Shown in pieces: positions 34,752 through 44,399 of a DNA stretch of 64,000 bases. The DNA lies in NCBI GenBank assembly GCA_004431415.1, contig QPMI01000040.1:372001-436000 (forward strand), written 5' to 3'. This DNA comes from Cyanophora paradoxa CCMP329. Its lineage: Eukaryota > Plantae > Glaucophyta. Under the pieces are notes generated by a model. The model worked only from the letters and a program-made list of their open reading frames with translations, ran no database searches and was not told the DNA's origin. Position numbers and translations under genes: made by a program. Position 1 is the first letter of the stretch, and every line of letters begins with the position of its first letter.

Positions 34752-37700
34752 TCACAACTCATCCACCAAGATAGCGTCCTCCGCTCCCGTCGCGTCGTCC
34801 GCCCCAACCCACTCAGGGTCCTCAGCACCGACGTCGGGGGCAAAATTCGGATTTGGGTTCGGCTCCGGCAGGTCCGCGGGAGCGGAACCAGCCGCTGGCT
34901 CGCCAGCATCCGCAGCGGTCCTCCGAGGCCGGCCGACACGAGGGCGGGCCTGAGACTCGGAGAGACGGGTACGGAAAGGGAGCATGCAGTCAATATGGGC
35001 GATGGTCTCGCGCAAAGGACGGGTCCGGGCGTCGTCCTTAGCGGAGTAGGGCTTAGCCGATCCCTTGACCATGTAGGTGTAACCGCCAGGGTTGACACCA
35101 GTCACGGTGTAGGGCCCGACCCACGAATTGTACAGCCCCTTGTTGTGTTCACCCATCCAGCACAACACCTTGTCTCCCACTGCGAAGCGGCGACGATGGG
35201 GAGGGTTGCCAGTACGAGCTACCATGCGGTTCCTATAGAACCGCCGGTACTCGCGCGAGGCAGCATCGACACTTGCAGCGGCACGCGTCATCGCGTAAAG
35301 GTAGTCGGCAGGATGCGTGTGGTCGGGATTCACGAAGCGGACCCCAGCGCCGAAGCGCACTTCACAGGGGAGGTGCACTTCAGAGCCGCGGTGCAGGACC
35401 ATCGGGGAGAACCCGGTAGCTGAATGCACCGTGGTCCGCAACGCGAGAACAATATCGGCGTTGTACAGGGGCCAGTCAGAAAGCGGCCGCTTGTGCTCAC
35501 GGCACATAGCGTAGGCCAGCGTCTTGTAGACGCCGCCCAGGCGCTCGGCGCCGCCGTTCGTGGCGTGATGGTACGCAGCCGTGTGCACGAATCGGGTGCC
35601 CTTCTCTTTGAAGAACGCGTTCCACGTGCCTCCAACGAGTTGGGAACCGCGATCTGTAAGGATGCGCGCGGGCACGCCCTCATGCATGTAGAAGTCGATC
35701 GCGGTGGCGAGCAAGGCCTCGCCCGAGATTCGGGAGAGGGGGTAAATGTAGCAGAACTTGGTATACGCGTCGACGTACGCAATGATGTATCGCGAGCCGT
35801 CTTCGTGCATATCCAAGTGGAAGATATCCACCTGCCAAAGATCCCCTTTTCCCGAAGGCTGTATCACCTGAATGGCGGTACGGCGGGGCTTCGCAGCCTT
35901 CGCGAACTGGCAGTGCGGGCACGACCGCACGAAGCGCGCGATGGAGGCATACATGCCAGGCCACCAGAAGCGCAGGGCGATCCGGCGGGCTATCACGGAA
36001 GCGCCTCGATGCGCCCAACCCTCGTGGTAGGCGTAGAGCACCCGGTCGATCCAGGCGTCGGGCAGCACCGGGAGGAACCGCCCGGAGGGGACCAACGGGT
36101 TCCGCTCAATGACGCCGTCCTCGGCGAGGCTGAACTCGCCAGCCATGCGCTCAAAGCGCTCCTTGGCCCGCAGGCAGTGAGCACAGTTGAGTGAGCACTG
36201 GTCGGCATCTCGTTTCATGCCGCGCGAGCATACTGTCGCATTCTCGCCTTTTTCATGGAAGGCGAGGAGCTTTTTGCAGAAGGAATCCTCCTTCTGGGCG
36301 GCGAGTAGCCGCTCGCGCCTCTCGACCGGGAACATGCGGCGCAGCGCGTCGGGGAGCGTCCCGTCGATCGCCGGGGAGGGGCCGCAGGCCCAGGCATCGA
36401 GGACGGTGTCCACAAAGACAGGCTTGCACGGTGGGCGGACGCCCCGGCCCTTCGGGTCGAGTTCCACCCACCGCTGCGGCGCGACGGTCTCGGCGGCAAC
36501 AGTCTCTGGGGTCTGCCCGGCGGGCCCTGAGGCTTCTGCCGTCGGCGCCCGCGCGGCAGCCCGTCCCCTGACCCGCGGCGTCGGCTTCGGGTCGGGAGGT
36601 AGAGGCTGCACGCGCATCTGGTGACGCGCTGCCTCCGGGGAGAGAGAGCGCCGGCGCGGGGGCCCCGGTGGCGGCTCGCCCTCGGGGTCCTCCCGCTCCC
36701 ATTCCAAATGAACGGGGACCGGGCCCCCTTCGGGATCAGTCGGGGAAAGGCGCCAGTGGCGCGTGTTGTGCTCATCACGTGGCTGTCGTCGCGACGCGGG
36801 GCCCCGCGGGAAGAGCGCCGCCGGGTGCCATTGCCGCGGCTCGGCGAACCCCTTGGGGCCCCATCTGCGGGGTCCGGTCGCCGAGCGTTCGGGTACCCGC
36901 CCGGCGAGCTCGAGCGGGAAGCCATCAGCGTCGCAGGCGTCCAAGGAGCCATCATTGTCGAGCGGCTCGGCCTCGGCTGCGGGCTCCACGTCCCGCGGGG
37001 AGGACGCGGCCTCGGCATGCGCACTCTCGAACAAGGAGTCCGGGGCCCCAGGGCCCTCGGCACCCTCGCCTGCGTCGGGCATGTCCTCGTCGGAAGAGGG
37101 AGGGCCGGCGCCCAAGTTGGCCGCAGGATCTGGCCCTCGTCGCTTCGGAGGCGGCGACACTGACTCAGGGGCCGGGGGCGCGAAGCGCTCGGGGGCCGCC
37201 CGAGTACGCTTGCGCGAATCGGCTTCGGCGCCTGATGCCGAGGCCTTGGCCTCGGCAAACCCAGTAGATGGCGCGAGCTTTGCGAGCTCGCGGGGGCGTC
37301 GCCGAGGGGCCTCACGCCCAGGAGCCACGGGTCCCAAATCTGACTGGGGAGCGGCCACAGGGGCGTCGGCCGAGGCGTCGTTCCCTACGGGGGGCCGCGA
37401 CTCCTCCTCTGCATAAGAGGGGGAGCCCGTCGGCGGGCCCGAGGGGGGCGCAGCGCTCGGCCCCGGTGCCGGCGAGCGCACACGGCGGCGACCCGCCCGC
37501 TCGCTGTCGGCCGGCGCGCCCGCTCGGAAGCCGGCGGAGTTCGCGAGTTTGCGTAGGGCGCGCTCGGAGGGGCCCAGTTGCACGCGGAAGATACCCAGGG
37601 GAACGTCCGGGTCTTCGGGCTCAGCGCCGACGGCGTGCTGCGGAACCCCGAAGCCCTCAGCGCCCTTGTAAGCCGCCGGCTTCGAGGAGGAACCGTCGGC

Positions 37701-40232
37701 GCCGCCCGGTTGCCAGACGGGGTGGTCCCGCGGGAGGCGCGAGCAAGCGTCTGGGCCGCCGTTCTGCTTGCCCGGGCGGTACACTATCTCGAAGTCGTAG
37801 GCCTGCAAGAGCAGGGACCAGCGACCGAGCCGGCCCGTGGTCGGGTCCAGTGTCTTCAGCCACTGGAGCGCGTGGTGGTCGGTCCGCACCAGGAACTGGG
37901 GCCCGCCCAGGAGGTAGTGGCGCCAGTACTTGATGGCCCACACCACCGCGAGACACTCCAGCTCCGTGGCGGAGTAGTTCATCTCGGCCGGCAGCAGCGT
38001 GCGGCTGATGAACGCGAGCGGCCGCTCGACGCCCTTGTCGTCGGCCTGGCTCAGAATCGCGCCGATAGCGTAAGTGCTGGCGTCCGTCTGGAGAATGAAG
38101 GGCTTAGAGAAGTCCGGGAACCGCAGAATGATGTCGCGGCCCAAGAGTTCCTTCAGCTCCTTAAAGGCGCGGTCGGCCGGGCCGCCCTCTGGCCAACTCC
38201 AGACGGCGTCCTTCAATAGAAGGCGCTGCATGGCGTGCACCACTTTGGAGAAGTTCTCGACAAAGCGGCGGTAGTAGCCGGCTAGGCCAAGGAACGAGCG
38301 GAGCTCGTCCGCGTTCTTCGGCGTCTGCCAGTCCGTGATAACCTTGGTCTTCGCAGGGTCCTGACGGATCCCTTCGGCGGAGATGCGGTGGCCGAGAAGG
38401 TCGATTTCAGGCACGCAGAAGCGGCATTTCGACGGCTTCAGGCGTAGGTTCGCCTTAGAGATCGTCTCGAAGAGCGCCTTCAGGTCTAGAAGGTGCTGAT
38501 CGATGGACGGCGAGAAGACCGTGATATCGTCGATGTACGCGACGACGCAGGTGGTCAGCAAGGGGCCCAGGATCGCTGTGATCGCGCGGGAGAATGCCGC
38601 AGGCCCGTTCGTGACCCCAAACGGCGTAACCTTCCACTGAAAGTGACCCCAAGGGACCACGAATGCAGTGTAGGCTCGGGAGCCGGGATGCAGAGGCAGC
38701 TGCCAGAAGCCGGCAGTCGCGTCAGCAGTTGAGAAGACCATCGAGCCGCGGAGGCGCTCGAGCTGGTCGTCGATGCGAGGCAGGGGAAACACGTCCCGCT
38801 CGGTGATCTGATTCAGCCTCCGATAGTCGACACAGAAACGCCAAGTGCCGTCCTTTTTAGGGGCCAACACTACCGGCGAGCCATATGCCGCTTGGGAGGG
38901 CTCGATCAGCCCGAGCTCAAGGAGTTTCTGAATCTCCTTGCGGGCGTGTTCCTCGGCGTGTGGGTTCATACGCCGCGGAGGCGTGAACACCGGTAGGCGG
39001 GTCGTGAGTTTGATCACGTGCTCGTAATAGAGCAGGTTGCTGGTGCCCTCTTTGGCCTCAACCTTGTCTGCGAAGACGTCCTTATAGCGCCGCAGGAGCG
39101 CGTGGAGTTCGGCTTTCTGCTCCGTCGTAATGGACGGGTGGGAGCCGAGCTCAGGAATTTTCTTCTGCAGCTCTTGCCACTCCTCCTCTGCATTAGGCAC
39201 CGGCCTCGGTGCCTCGGCGGGCTTCGCGTCGAGCGCTGCGTCTGCAGGGGGTGGGGCATCGGGTCGGGCCGAGAGCGAGGCTGTGACCACTATGTGTGGC
39301 GCAACGCCTGGGTCTGCGACCGGCGCTGCTTTGCGGACCGTGAGGTCGTGACGCAAAGCGCGTACTGCAGCGAGTATTTCTCGTTCGGCTTGCTCGCTGA
39401 GATTTGGAAAGGTTGAACGCAGGGTGGCGTCGGAGGGGACGGCCACGGCCTCGACGGCGGCGGCGAACGCGGCGGCCGTCGGCCCTGTGATTGGTGCCGG
39501 GGTAGGGGACCCGCTCCGCGACGACGTGCTCATGGCGTCGTCGCCCAAGCTAATGGTGCTCATTGCATCGGTCTCCTGCAGCGGCCGGTCGATCTCGTCG
39601 AACGGCATCTCCCCGAACATCACGACCAAGTCGTTGACGTCGTAGAGCGGCGTGCGGGGCGGGTCTGGCGTGGCGGAGGCCTGCAGGTTGGCGCGCGCGC
39701 GCTCCGCTTCTTCTAGTGCTGCTCGCAGCGAGGAGATGATTTTCTCAACGTCCTTGGCGGGCTCGTAGGCCGCGCCGAGCATGCGTGCTTTTCTATTGAA
39801 GTGGCGGAGCCCCGTGCGGCGTTTGGCAGGCACGATCCGCAAGCGGCGGATTAAAAGGTCTGTCAAAGCCTTAGGGCTACAAGGCGTTTGCTCAGGTTTG
39901 TACTCAAAATCACCAGGCGGCAGAGCGACCGCTGATGCGACCGCAACTACCGATCCTAGCGGCAGCGTAACGGGCTGCTGGCCGGGATTACACAACCGCA
40001 CGTGAAACATTTTGTCTCCCGGGTGATTATGCAGCTGGTAGGGGCAGAGTACGCCCAAGGCTTGAGGTGACTCAGGTGACGGCTCGACGTAGAGGTGCGG
40101 CAACTCACGCGTTGCCGGGCCCTGCCCATTGAGCGTACATGGGACGAGGGCCTCTCCGACGGGGAGCTTTACAGGCCCGAGGACCCGGACCAGGATCCCA
40201 AGCTGGTCCGGAGCCGAAAAGGGACGACGACC
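34752..40232 (-). CDS. pol: Pol: reverse transcriptase, RNase H, long spacer, integrase
   Basis: RT: SPVVLAPKKDGTWRFCVDYRRLN, PFGVTNGP, YIDD. RH: LQTDAS, ELECLA, TDH. IN: HHCC (YHEGWAH..CPHC), WQVD..TDRG..AER and GPY. The frame is open from 40232, although the track starts it at TTG 40103. Confidence 0.96.
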   Translation of the reverse strand, partial: GRRPFSAPDQLGILVRVLGPVKLPVGEALVPCTLNGQGPATRELPHLYVEPSPESPQALGVLCPYQLHNHPGDKMFHVRLCNPGQQPVTLPLGSVVAVASAVALPPGDFEYKPEQTPCSPKALTDLLIRRLRIVPAKRRTGLRHFNRKARMLGAAYEPAKDVEKIISSLRAALEEAERARANLQASATPDPPRTPLYDVNDLVVMFGEMPFDEIDRPLQETDAMSTISLGDDAMSTSSRSGSPTPAPITGPTAAAFAAAVEAVAVPSDATLRSTFPNLSEQAEREILAAVRALRHDLTVRKAAPVADPGVAPHIVVTASLSARPDAPPPADAALDAKPAEAPRPVPNAEEEWQELQKKIPELGSHPSITTEQKAELHALLRRYKDVFADKVEAKEGTSNLLYYEHVIKLTTRLPVFTPPRRMNPHAEEHARKEIQKLLELGLIEPSQAAYGSPVVLAPKKDGTWRFCVDYRRLNQITERDVFPLPRIDDQLERLRGSMVFSTADATAGFWQLPLHPGSRAYTAFVVPWGHFQWKVTPFGVTNGPAAFSRAITAILGPLLTTCVVAYIDDITVFSPSIDQHLLDLKALFETISKANLRLKPSKCRFCVPEIDLLGHRISAEGIRQDPAKTKVITDWQTPKNADELRSFLGLAGYYRRFVENFSKVVHAMQRLLLKDAVWSWPEGGPADRAFKELKELLGRDIILRFPDFSKPFILQTDASTYAIGAILSQADDKGVERPLAFISRTLLPAEMNYSATELECLAVVWAIKYWRHYLLGGPQFLVRTDHHALQWLKTLDPTTGRLGRWSLLLQAYDFEIVYRPGKQNGGPDACSRLPRDHPVWQPGGADGSSSKPAAYKGAEGFGVPQHAVGAEPEDPDVPLGIFRVQLGPSERALRKLANSAGFRAGAPADSERAGRRRVRSPAPGPSAAPPSGPPTGSPSYAEEESRPPVGNDASADAPVAAPQSDLGPVAPGREAPRRRPRELAKLAPSTGFAEAKASASGAEADSRKRTRAAPERFAPPAPESVSPPPKRRGPDPAANLGAGPPSSDEDMPDAGEGAEGPGAPDSLFESAHAEAASSPRDVEPAAEAEPLDNDGSLDACDADGFPLELAGRVPERSATGPRRWGPKGFAEPRQWHPAALFPRGPASRRQPRDEHNTRHWRLSPTDPEGGPVPVHLEWEREDPEGEPPPGPPRRRSLSPEAARHQMRVQPLPPDPKPTPRVRGRAAARAPTAEASGPAGQTPETVAAETVAPQRWVELDPKGRGVRPPCKPVFVDTVLDAWACGPSPAIDGTLPDALRRMFPVERRERLLAAQKEDSFCKKLLAFHEKGENATVCSRGMKRDADQCSLNCAHCLRAKERFERMAGEFSLAEDGVIERNPLVPSGRFLPVLPDAWIDRVLYAYHEGWAHRGASVIARRIALRFWWPGMYASIARFVRSCPHCQFAKAAKPRRTAIQVIQPSGKGDLWQVDIFHLDMHEDGSRYIIAYVDAYTKFCYIYPLSRISGEALLATAIDFYMHEGVPARILTDRGSQLVGGTWNAFFKEKGTRFVHTAAYHHATNGGAERLGGVYKTLAYAMCREHKRPLSDWPLYNADIVLALRTTVHSATGFSPMVLHRGSEVHLPCEVRFGAGVRFVNPDHTHPADYLYAMTRAAASVDAASREYRRFYRNRMVARTGNPPHRRRFAVGDKVLCWMGEHNKGLYNSWVGPYTVTGVNPGGYTYMVKGSAKPYSAKDDARTRPLRETIAHIDCMLPFRTRLSESQARPRVGRPRRTAADAGEPAAGSAPADLPEPNPNPNFAPDVGAEDPEWVGADDATGAEDAILVDEL

Positions 40233-40495
40233 TCACGGTGCAGGTGGTCACGTGCCCGGAGGCACCAGCCTGACAGGGTCGTGTCGATCTGACCATGGAC
40301 GGCTTGGATTGCGTCCAGGCCGAGCAAGATGTCCGGCTCAACGCCCATGGCGCCGCGGGGAACGACGAAGACGCGGCGGCAGAAGCGGAGCGATCCGAGA
40401 ATGAAAACTACGTCGGCGCGGCGGCATCGGATTTTGTCGCGATCCATGAAGCCGCGTACAACCTTATGCGCTTCATAGGGCTGATCGCCGCCCAC
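40169..40495 (-). CDS. Aspartic protease, C-terminal part only (no D-T/S-G found)
   Basis: 'VVRGFMD...RVFVV...DILLGLDAI' matches the flap and C-terminal motif of retropepsins. The frame is -1 relative to gag and is closed upstream by TGA. Confidence 0.7.
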   Translation of the reverse strand: MGGDQPYEAHKVVRGFMDRDKIRCRRADVVFILGSLRFCRRVFVVPRGAMGVEPDILLGLDAIQAVHGQIDTTLSGWCLRARDHLHREVVVPFRLRTSLGSWSGSSGL

Positions 40496-41871
40496 TCAGG
40501 CAGAGGGCGCGGCTTGATCCGGCACTCGAACGTATAGTGCGGTTCGTTGCACTCGGGGCAGTTCCGGCGAGGCTTCTCAGGGAGACCTCGGGCTTTCAGG
40601 AAGTCTTTAATCTTTTGCTGATAGACCGGGTCATCGATGCGAGGCGGCGGGGCCGACGCCGACGGGTAGAGCGCGCGGATGACCACCGACGGCTCGTCCT
40701 GTGCGATGCACTGGAGGAACGCGATGAGTTCGGCGCGCTGAGTACCGTCGTCCTCAGCTTCCCATTCGCTCGCCTCTGCGTAATCGTCTTCGGTTGCGAC
40801 GGGTGCATACATGATGCGTGTGCCCGCGCCGGAAGAGCTGGTACGCGAGGGGACGACGGGGACGGCCGGCGTGTGCGAGGCCGGAGCCGCCGGCGGGCGC
40901 GTCGTCACCGGCGCTGCCCGGGCGGGTCCGCCGTGCGTGCGCAGGATCAGGGCCGCGCCCGGGATGCGAGAGATGTCTACGTCCCAGGCGCCGAGCTCGC
41001 TAGCGCGGCGCCGCACGTAGTCAGTGACCTCGAACGACTCCGTGATCGATCGCTCGGCCACCATCTTTGACAGCTCGTCATAGATAGTGCGAACCGAGTT
41101 GTAATTCGTGATGAGGTGACGGCGCTCATCAGCCGTGACCTCGGAGTCTTCGAAGTCGCGCAGCTGGTAGCGGCTGCGCCTTTTGATCATCTCGCCCGCG
41201 TGGCGCATGAGTGCCATGAGCGGGGTCTCGTGCGCTGCGCGGCACTCTGGCACGATGCAGAGCCCGATGAGCCGGCGGAAGAAGGCTTCCGGCGTCTCGC
41301 CCAGGTAAGGCAGATCGAGGATTGCCTTGTACTGGTCCGGGTTCCGCAGCTCAGAGTCGCCCTCGAGGCGGCGACGGATAGCAGCATAGGTGACCGAGAT
41401 CTTCGCCTTTCGGAGGCTTTCCTCGTTCCGCGCGATGCGCTCGTCGAGCGCTTCTAGGAAAAGCTGCTCGCGCGCAGCGCCGGTGCTGTTTTCGGCACGC
41501 TTCGCCCGGTCCGCGCGCAGTTCCTCGAGCTCGCGCGAGATCGTCTGCTCGGCGCTCTGGAACACCTGCACGTCCTGGCGCACTGGGTGCGCATCATCGA
41601 GAGTGATGAGCAGTGCCCAGCCTGTGCGAAGCTGGGACTCCTCCGAGGCGCTAGGGGCCGCGCTCAAGAGGTCCTTGCTCAAGTTCGCGATCTGTTCGAA
41701 CTGGCGAAGGTGATCCCGCACGGCGCGCTGGTCGCTGCCCGGCGGCAGCTTCGGCATGCCATAGATCATTTGCAATACATTTGATCCACCGAGAGAGCTC
41801 ATGTCCGAGGCGCCCTGGGCGAGCGCGGCCCGGACGATGAACTCCGCGGGTGCTCCGGTCCCAGAGGACAT
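40408..41871 (-). CDS. gag: Gag-like protein with zinc knuckle
   Basis: 487-aa ORF downstream of the PBS, with a coiled-coil region and CPECNEPHYTFEC (CX2CX3HX4C). Confidence 0.85.
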   Translation of the reverse strand: MSSGTGAPAEFIVRAALAQGASDMSSLGGSNVLQMIYGMPKLPPGSDQRAVRDHLRQFEQIANLSKDLLSAAPSASEESQLRTGWALLITLDDAHPVRQDVQVFQSAEQTISRELEELRADRAKRAENSTGAAREQLFLEALDERIARNEESLRKAKISVTYAAIRRRLEGDSELRNPDQYKAILDLPYLGETPEAFFRRLIGLCIVPECRAAHETPLMALMRHAGEMIKRRSRYQLRDFEDSEVTADERRHLITNYNSVRTIYDELSKMVAERSITESFEVTDYVRRRASELGAWDVDISRIPGAALILRTHGGPARAAPVTTRPPAAPASHTPAVPVVPSRTSSSGAGTRIMYAPVATEDDYAEASEWEAEDDGTQRAELIAFLQCIAQDEPSVVIRALYPSASAPPPRIDDPVYQQKIKDFLKARGLPEKPRRNCPECNEPHYTFECRIKPRPLPEWAAISPMKRIRLYAASWIATKSDAAAPT

Positions 41872-42374
41872 TCTCGGGTCAAGCGGCGGCGTAAAGCCAC
41901 GCTAGTCCTTCAGAGAATGCTCCTCGCGTGAGATCCGAGGCCGTGGTCCACAGCAGCGACGAGCAAGCTCGCTAGCTCGGCTGCGGCGATTCCGGAAGGA
42001 ACTCGGGCGCGAGGCCTCAGTTCACGATCCGATCGCTTCACTTGTCCAGATCCAGCACGAACGTCAGCGGCCGTAGGAGGCCGGCGTCGTGGCGACAGGC
42101 TCACGATCGGAATGGCACTCAGAGCGATTCCGACCGGCCGTCGCAGCAGAGAGCGCAGGGCACTCAGAGCGCTTTGCTCTCTGCTTCGCAGCTCCTCCTC
42201 TTCTGGGCTAAGTTCTGGTTCTTTCCAGAATGTTCGATCGTCAACTGCGGATCAGCCCGGAGCGGCGCAGGCGGGGCGCGAGAAGCGACCCACGACCTCT
42301 ACCGAGGTCTACCTGCGCGCCGGCTGAGCCGCGGTCGCCGAGCTGGGCTGGATGCTGATGACGGGTCGCTGCTG

Positions 42375-42407
42375 ATCGCTGGTTCGAGTCCGTGAGCAGA
42401 TGGCGCC
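42375..42407 (-). other. Primer-binding site, complementary to a tRNA 3' end (Lys-like)
   Basis: GGCGCCATCT directly follows the 5' LTR. The + strand reads GCTGGTTCGAGTCC..AGCAGATGGCGCC, like a T arm plus acceptor 3' strand. Confidence 0.65.
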
Positions 42408-42663
42408 TGTCGGATGAGAAGATTCCCACCCGGTGCAGCGTCCGTGCGGTCACGCACGGGCTGTGGCTGTAGCTGGGAGCACAAGTGGTCTATTCACAAG
42501 TGTACCCATCCAGGGATCGCGTACCCCCAAACGGAGTCGCGCCCGGCGCTAAGTCAGAATACAGAGAGTGCTAGAGCTAGCTGCTCGATAGCACTAGACT
42601 AGGGCTAGCGGCTACGCATAGACTACCGACTAGCCTAATCCGAGGGAATCGCGGCATGCGACA
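42408..42663 (-). repeat. 5' LTR (256 bp)
   Basis: Direct repeat of 33816-34071. Confidence 0.97.
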
Positions 42664-44399
42664 GAACTGTACATGCACCGTGGCACTGCAGCTGTATATA
42701 CGTACATGTTTGCCGGTGTCCCATCCCCCGCCCACCCTATGCCACCCGCCTGACATCCATCCAATTGAGAAGGAATAAAATTAAAGCTTATATTAGCCGC
42801 CTGAGGAGACCTTCCGCTTGGCTACTGCTACCCAACGAAGCATTTAGGAGGCCGACCTAGTTACCCTCGGCCTCCTCCATGCATATGGCGCTGCTCTCGA
42901 GTAAAACGTCGGCCATGGCCTACTGCCCCGCGTCCGCCACGCCGCCTGCTGTCCGGAGCCCGGCCGCGGGGAGGCCGGAGAGGCGGCAGGGAGCCGTGGC
43001 CATAGCCAGCTACGGGAGCGGAGCTGTTGACGCTGCAGCCACGAAAAGTAGTCACTCTCGACGCGACGAGCAACAAACACAGGCTCACCCGAGGTGGACC
43101 GGCGAGTCGAAGAAGCGCGGCTCGCGATCGACGCCATGCATCATGTAGTCCTGGAGCTCTCCGAGCGTCGTCCGCGTGGTCCAACCGTGAGGCCAAACGG
43201 CTCCTGAGAATCGAACGCAGATTATTGTAACTTCGAATTCGGTGGAAGCTGCCGGGGGATCGATTTACAGCGCCGAGCGCGACGTTCCCGGGCAGTGGAG
43301 CCCCCACCGATGAAGAACCGAATCGGAATACTTTTCACGTTGGGCGTGCTGATCATGATCACGCGGCGCTCGTCCTCGTTAATTGCTGCCGCGAACGCCG
43401 AGCACCGACACGACCTCAAGGCCGCCGGGCGCCCGTTCTGAGCTCGAGCGCTGTTCTTGCAGACGAAAGCGCGGGCCTTCTGCAGACCCTCGGCGCCCGC
43501 GCCGGGCTGAAAGAGACCTTGCTGATGCGCGCAGTGAATTAGTACTTGCGGCAGGTAGTCTTTGTCCAGCTTCTGGCCATGGAGCTCGAATAATTACAAG
43601 TACGGGATGCCGTCGAGTCCCGTAATCACCAAGAAGCAAGCATTGGACGCGTCCGTCGGCATCACATCAAAGAATTAGACCCTAAGCTTGTCCAGATGCG
43701 CGAAGGAGTCGCAGGAGAAGACAGCGCGCGACAGCAGACTCTGAGATGCGGTGTGTCGTCTACGAATTCGCCGTGGACAACTTGGCAATGGAGACGGGGC
43801 CCAGGGCCGTATAGGAGCATATTGATCATGAGACTTCGGCCTCTGGCGAGCAGCGGATTAGCCGCATTATCCAGTTCCCTCTTTTCCAGTTCCAGTTCAA
43901 CTGCGAGCTGGCCTCGCGGGCGCTCCCGCCTCTGCTCAACGGCTCCTCCCCCGCGCGCCGGGGCCGGGCCCGGTCTGCCAGGACCATCGGGGTCCTCTCC
44001 TCCGGCCGGCACTGCGGCTGTGGCTCCTGCGCGCTTGCGGGCACTTCACATTCTGCTGGTATATACGGACATGGACTCATTCGCACTGCGCTGTTTCTAT
44101 TTCCTTCCGTTATTTCGCTGGGCTAGCGCTGGGATGCGGGTTTCGCAGCGGGTAAATGGCCGAGGCGCCTCGTTTTGTCTTGTGTAAACATCGGCTTTTT
44201 ATTCTATCATTTATAATTGCATTTGGGGTTCTAGATCTAGTATTTGTATGCGTGTATGCATCCTTCCGAAGTTCTACCGTAGTACACTTAAAAAGCTTAT
44301 ATTTGTCTTAATTATCTGCTCGATGTACGCTGTCTAGATCTAGGCCCTGAGGCCTAGGGTTATCTCTGCCGTAAAGCTGATTTGCCGAACTTGACTTCA

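Larger units (their letters stand above)
33816..42663 (-). mobile_element. Full-length Ty3/gypsy LTR retrotransposon (8848 bp)
   Basis: TG...CA LTRs at 33816-34071 and 42408-42663. 5-bp TSD GAACT at 33811-33815 and 42664-42668. Domain order is gag-PR-RT-RH-IN, with PBS and PPT present. Confidence 0.97.

Noticed and set aside
34297-34953. Antisense ORF or env-like gene in the retrotransposon 3' region
   Set aside because: No signal peptide, TM segment or motif; low complexity, and partly a shadow of pol.
42330-42407. tRNA gene on the + strand
   Set aside because: Only T-arm and acceptor-3' similarity, with no D arm or anticodon arm. It is interpreted as the PBS.
42844-44190. Possible gene between the LTR element and the TE debris
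   Set aside because: Short ORFs on both strands with no consistent exon chain or motif that I could support.
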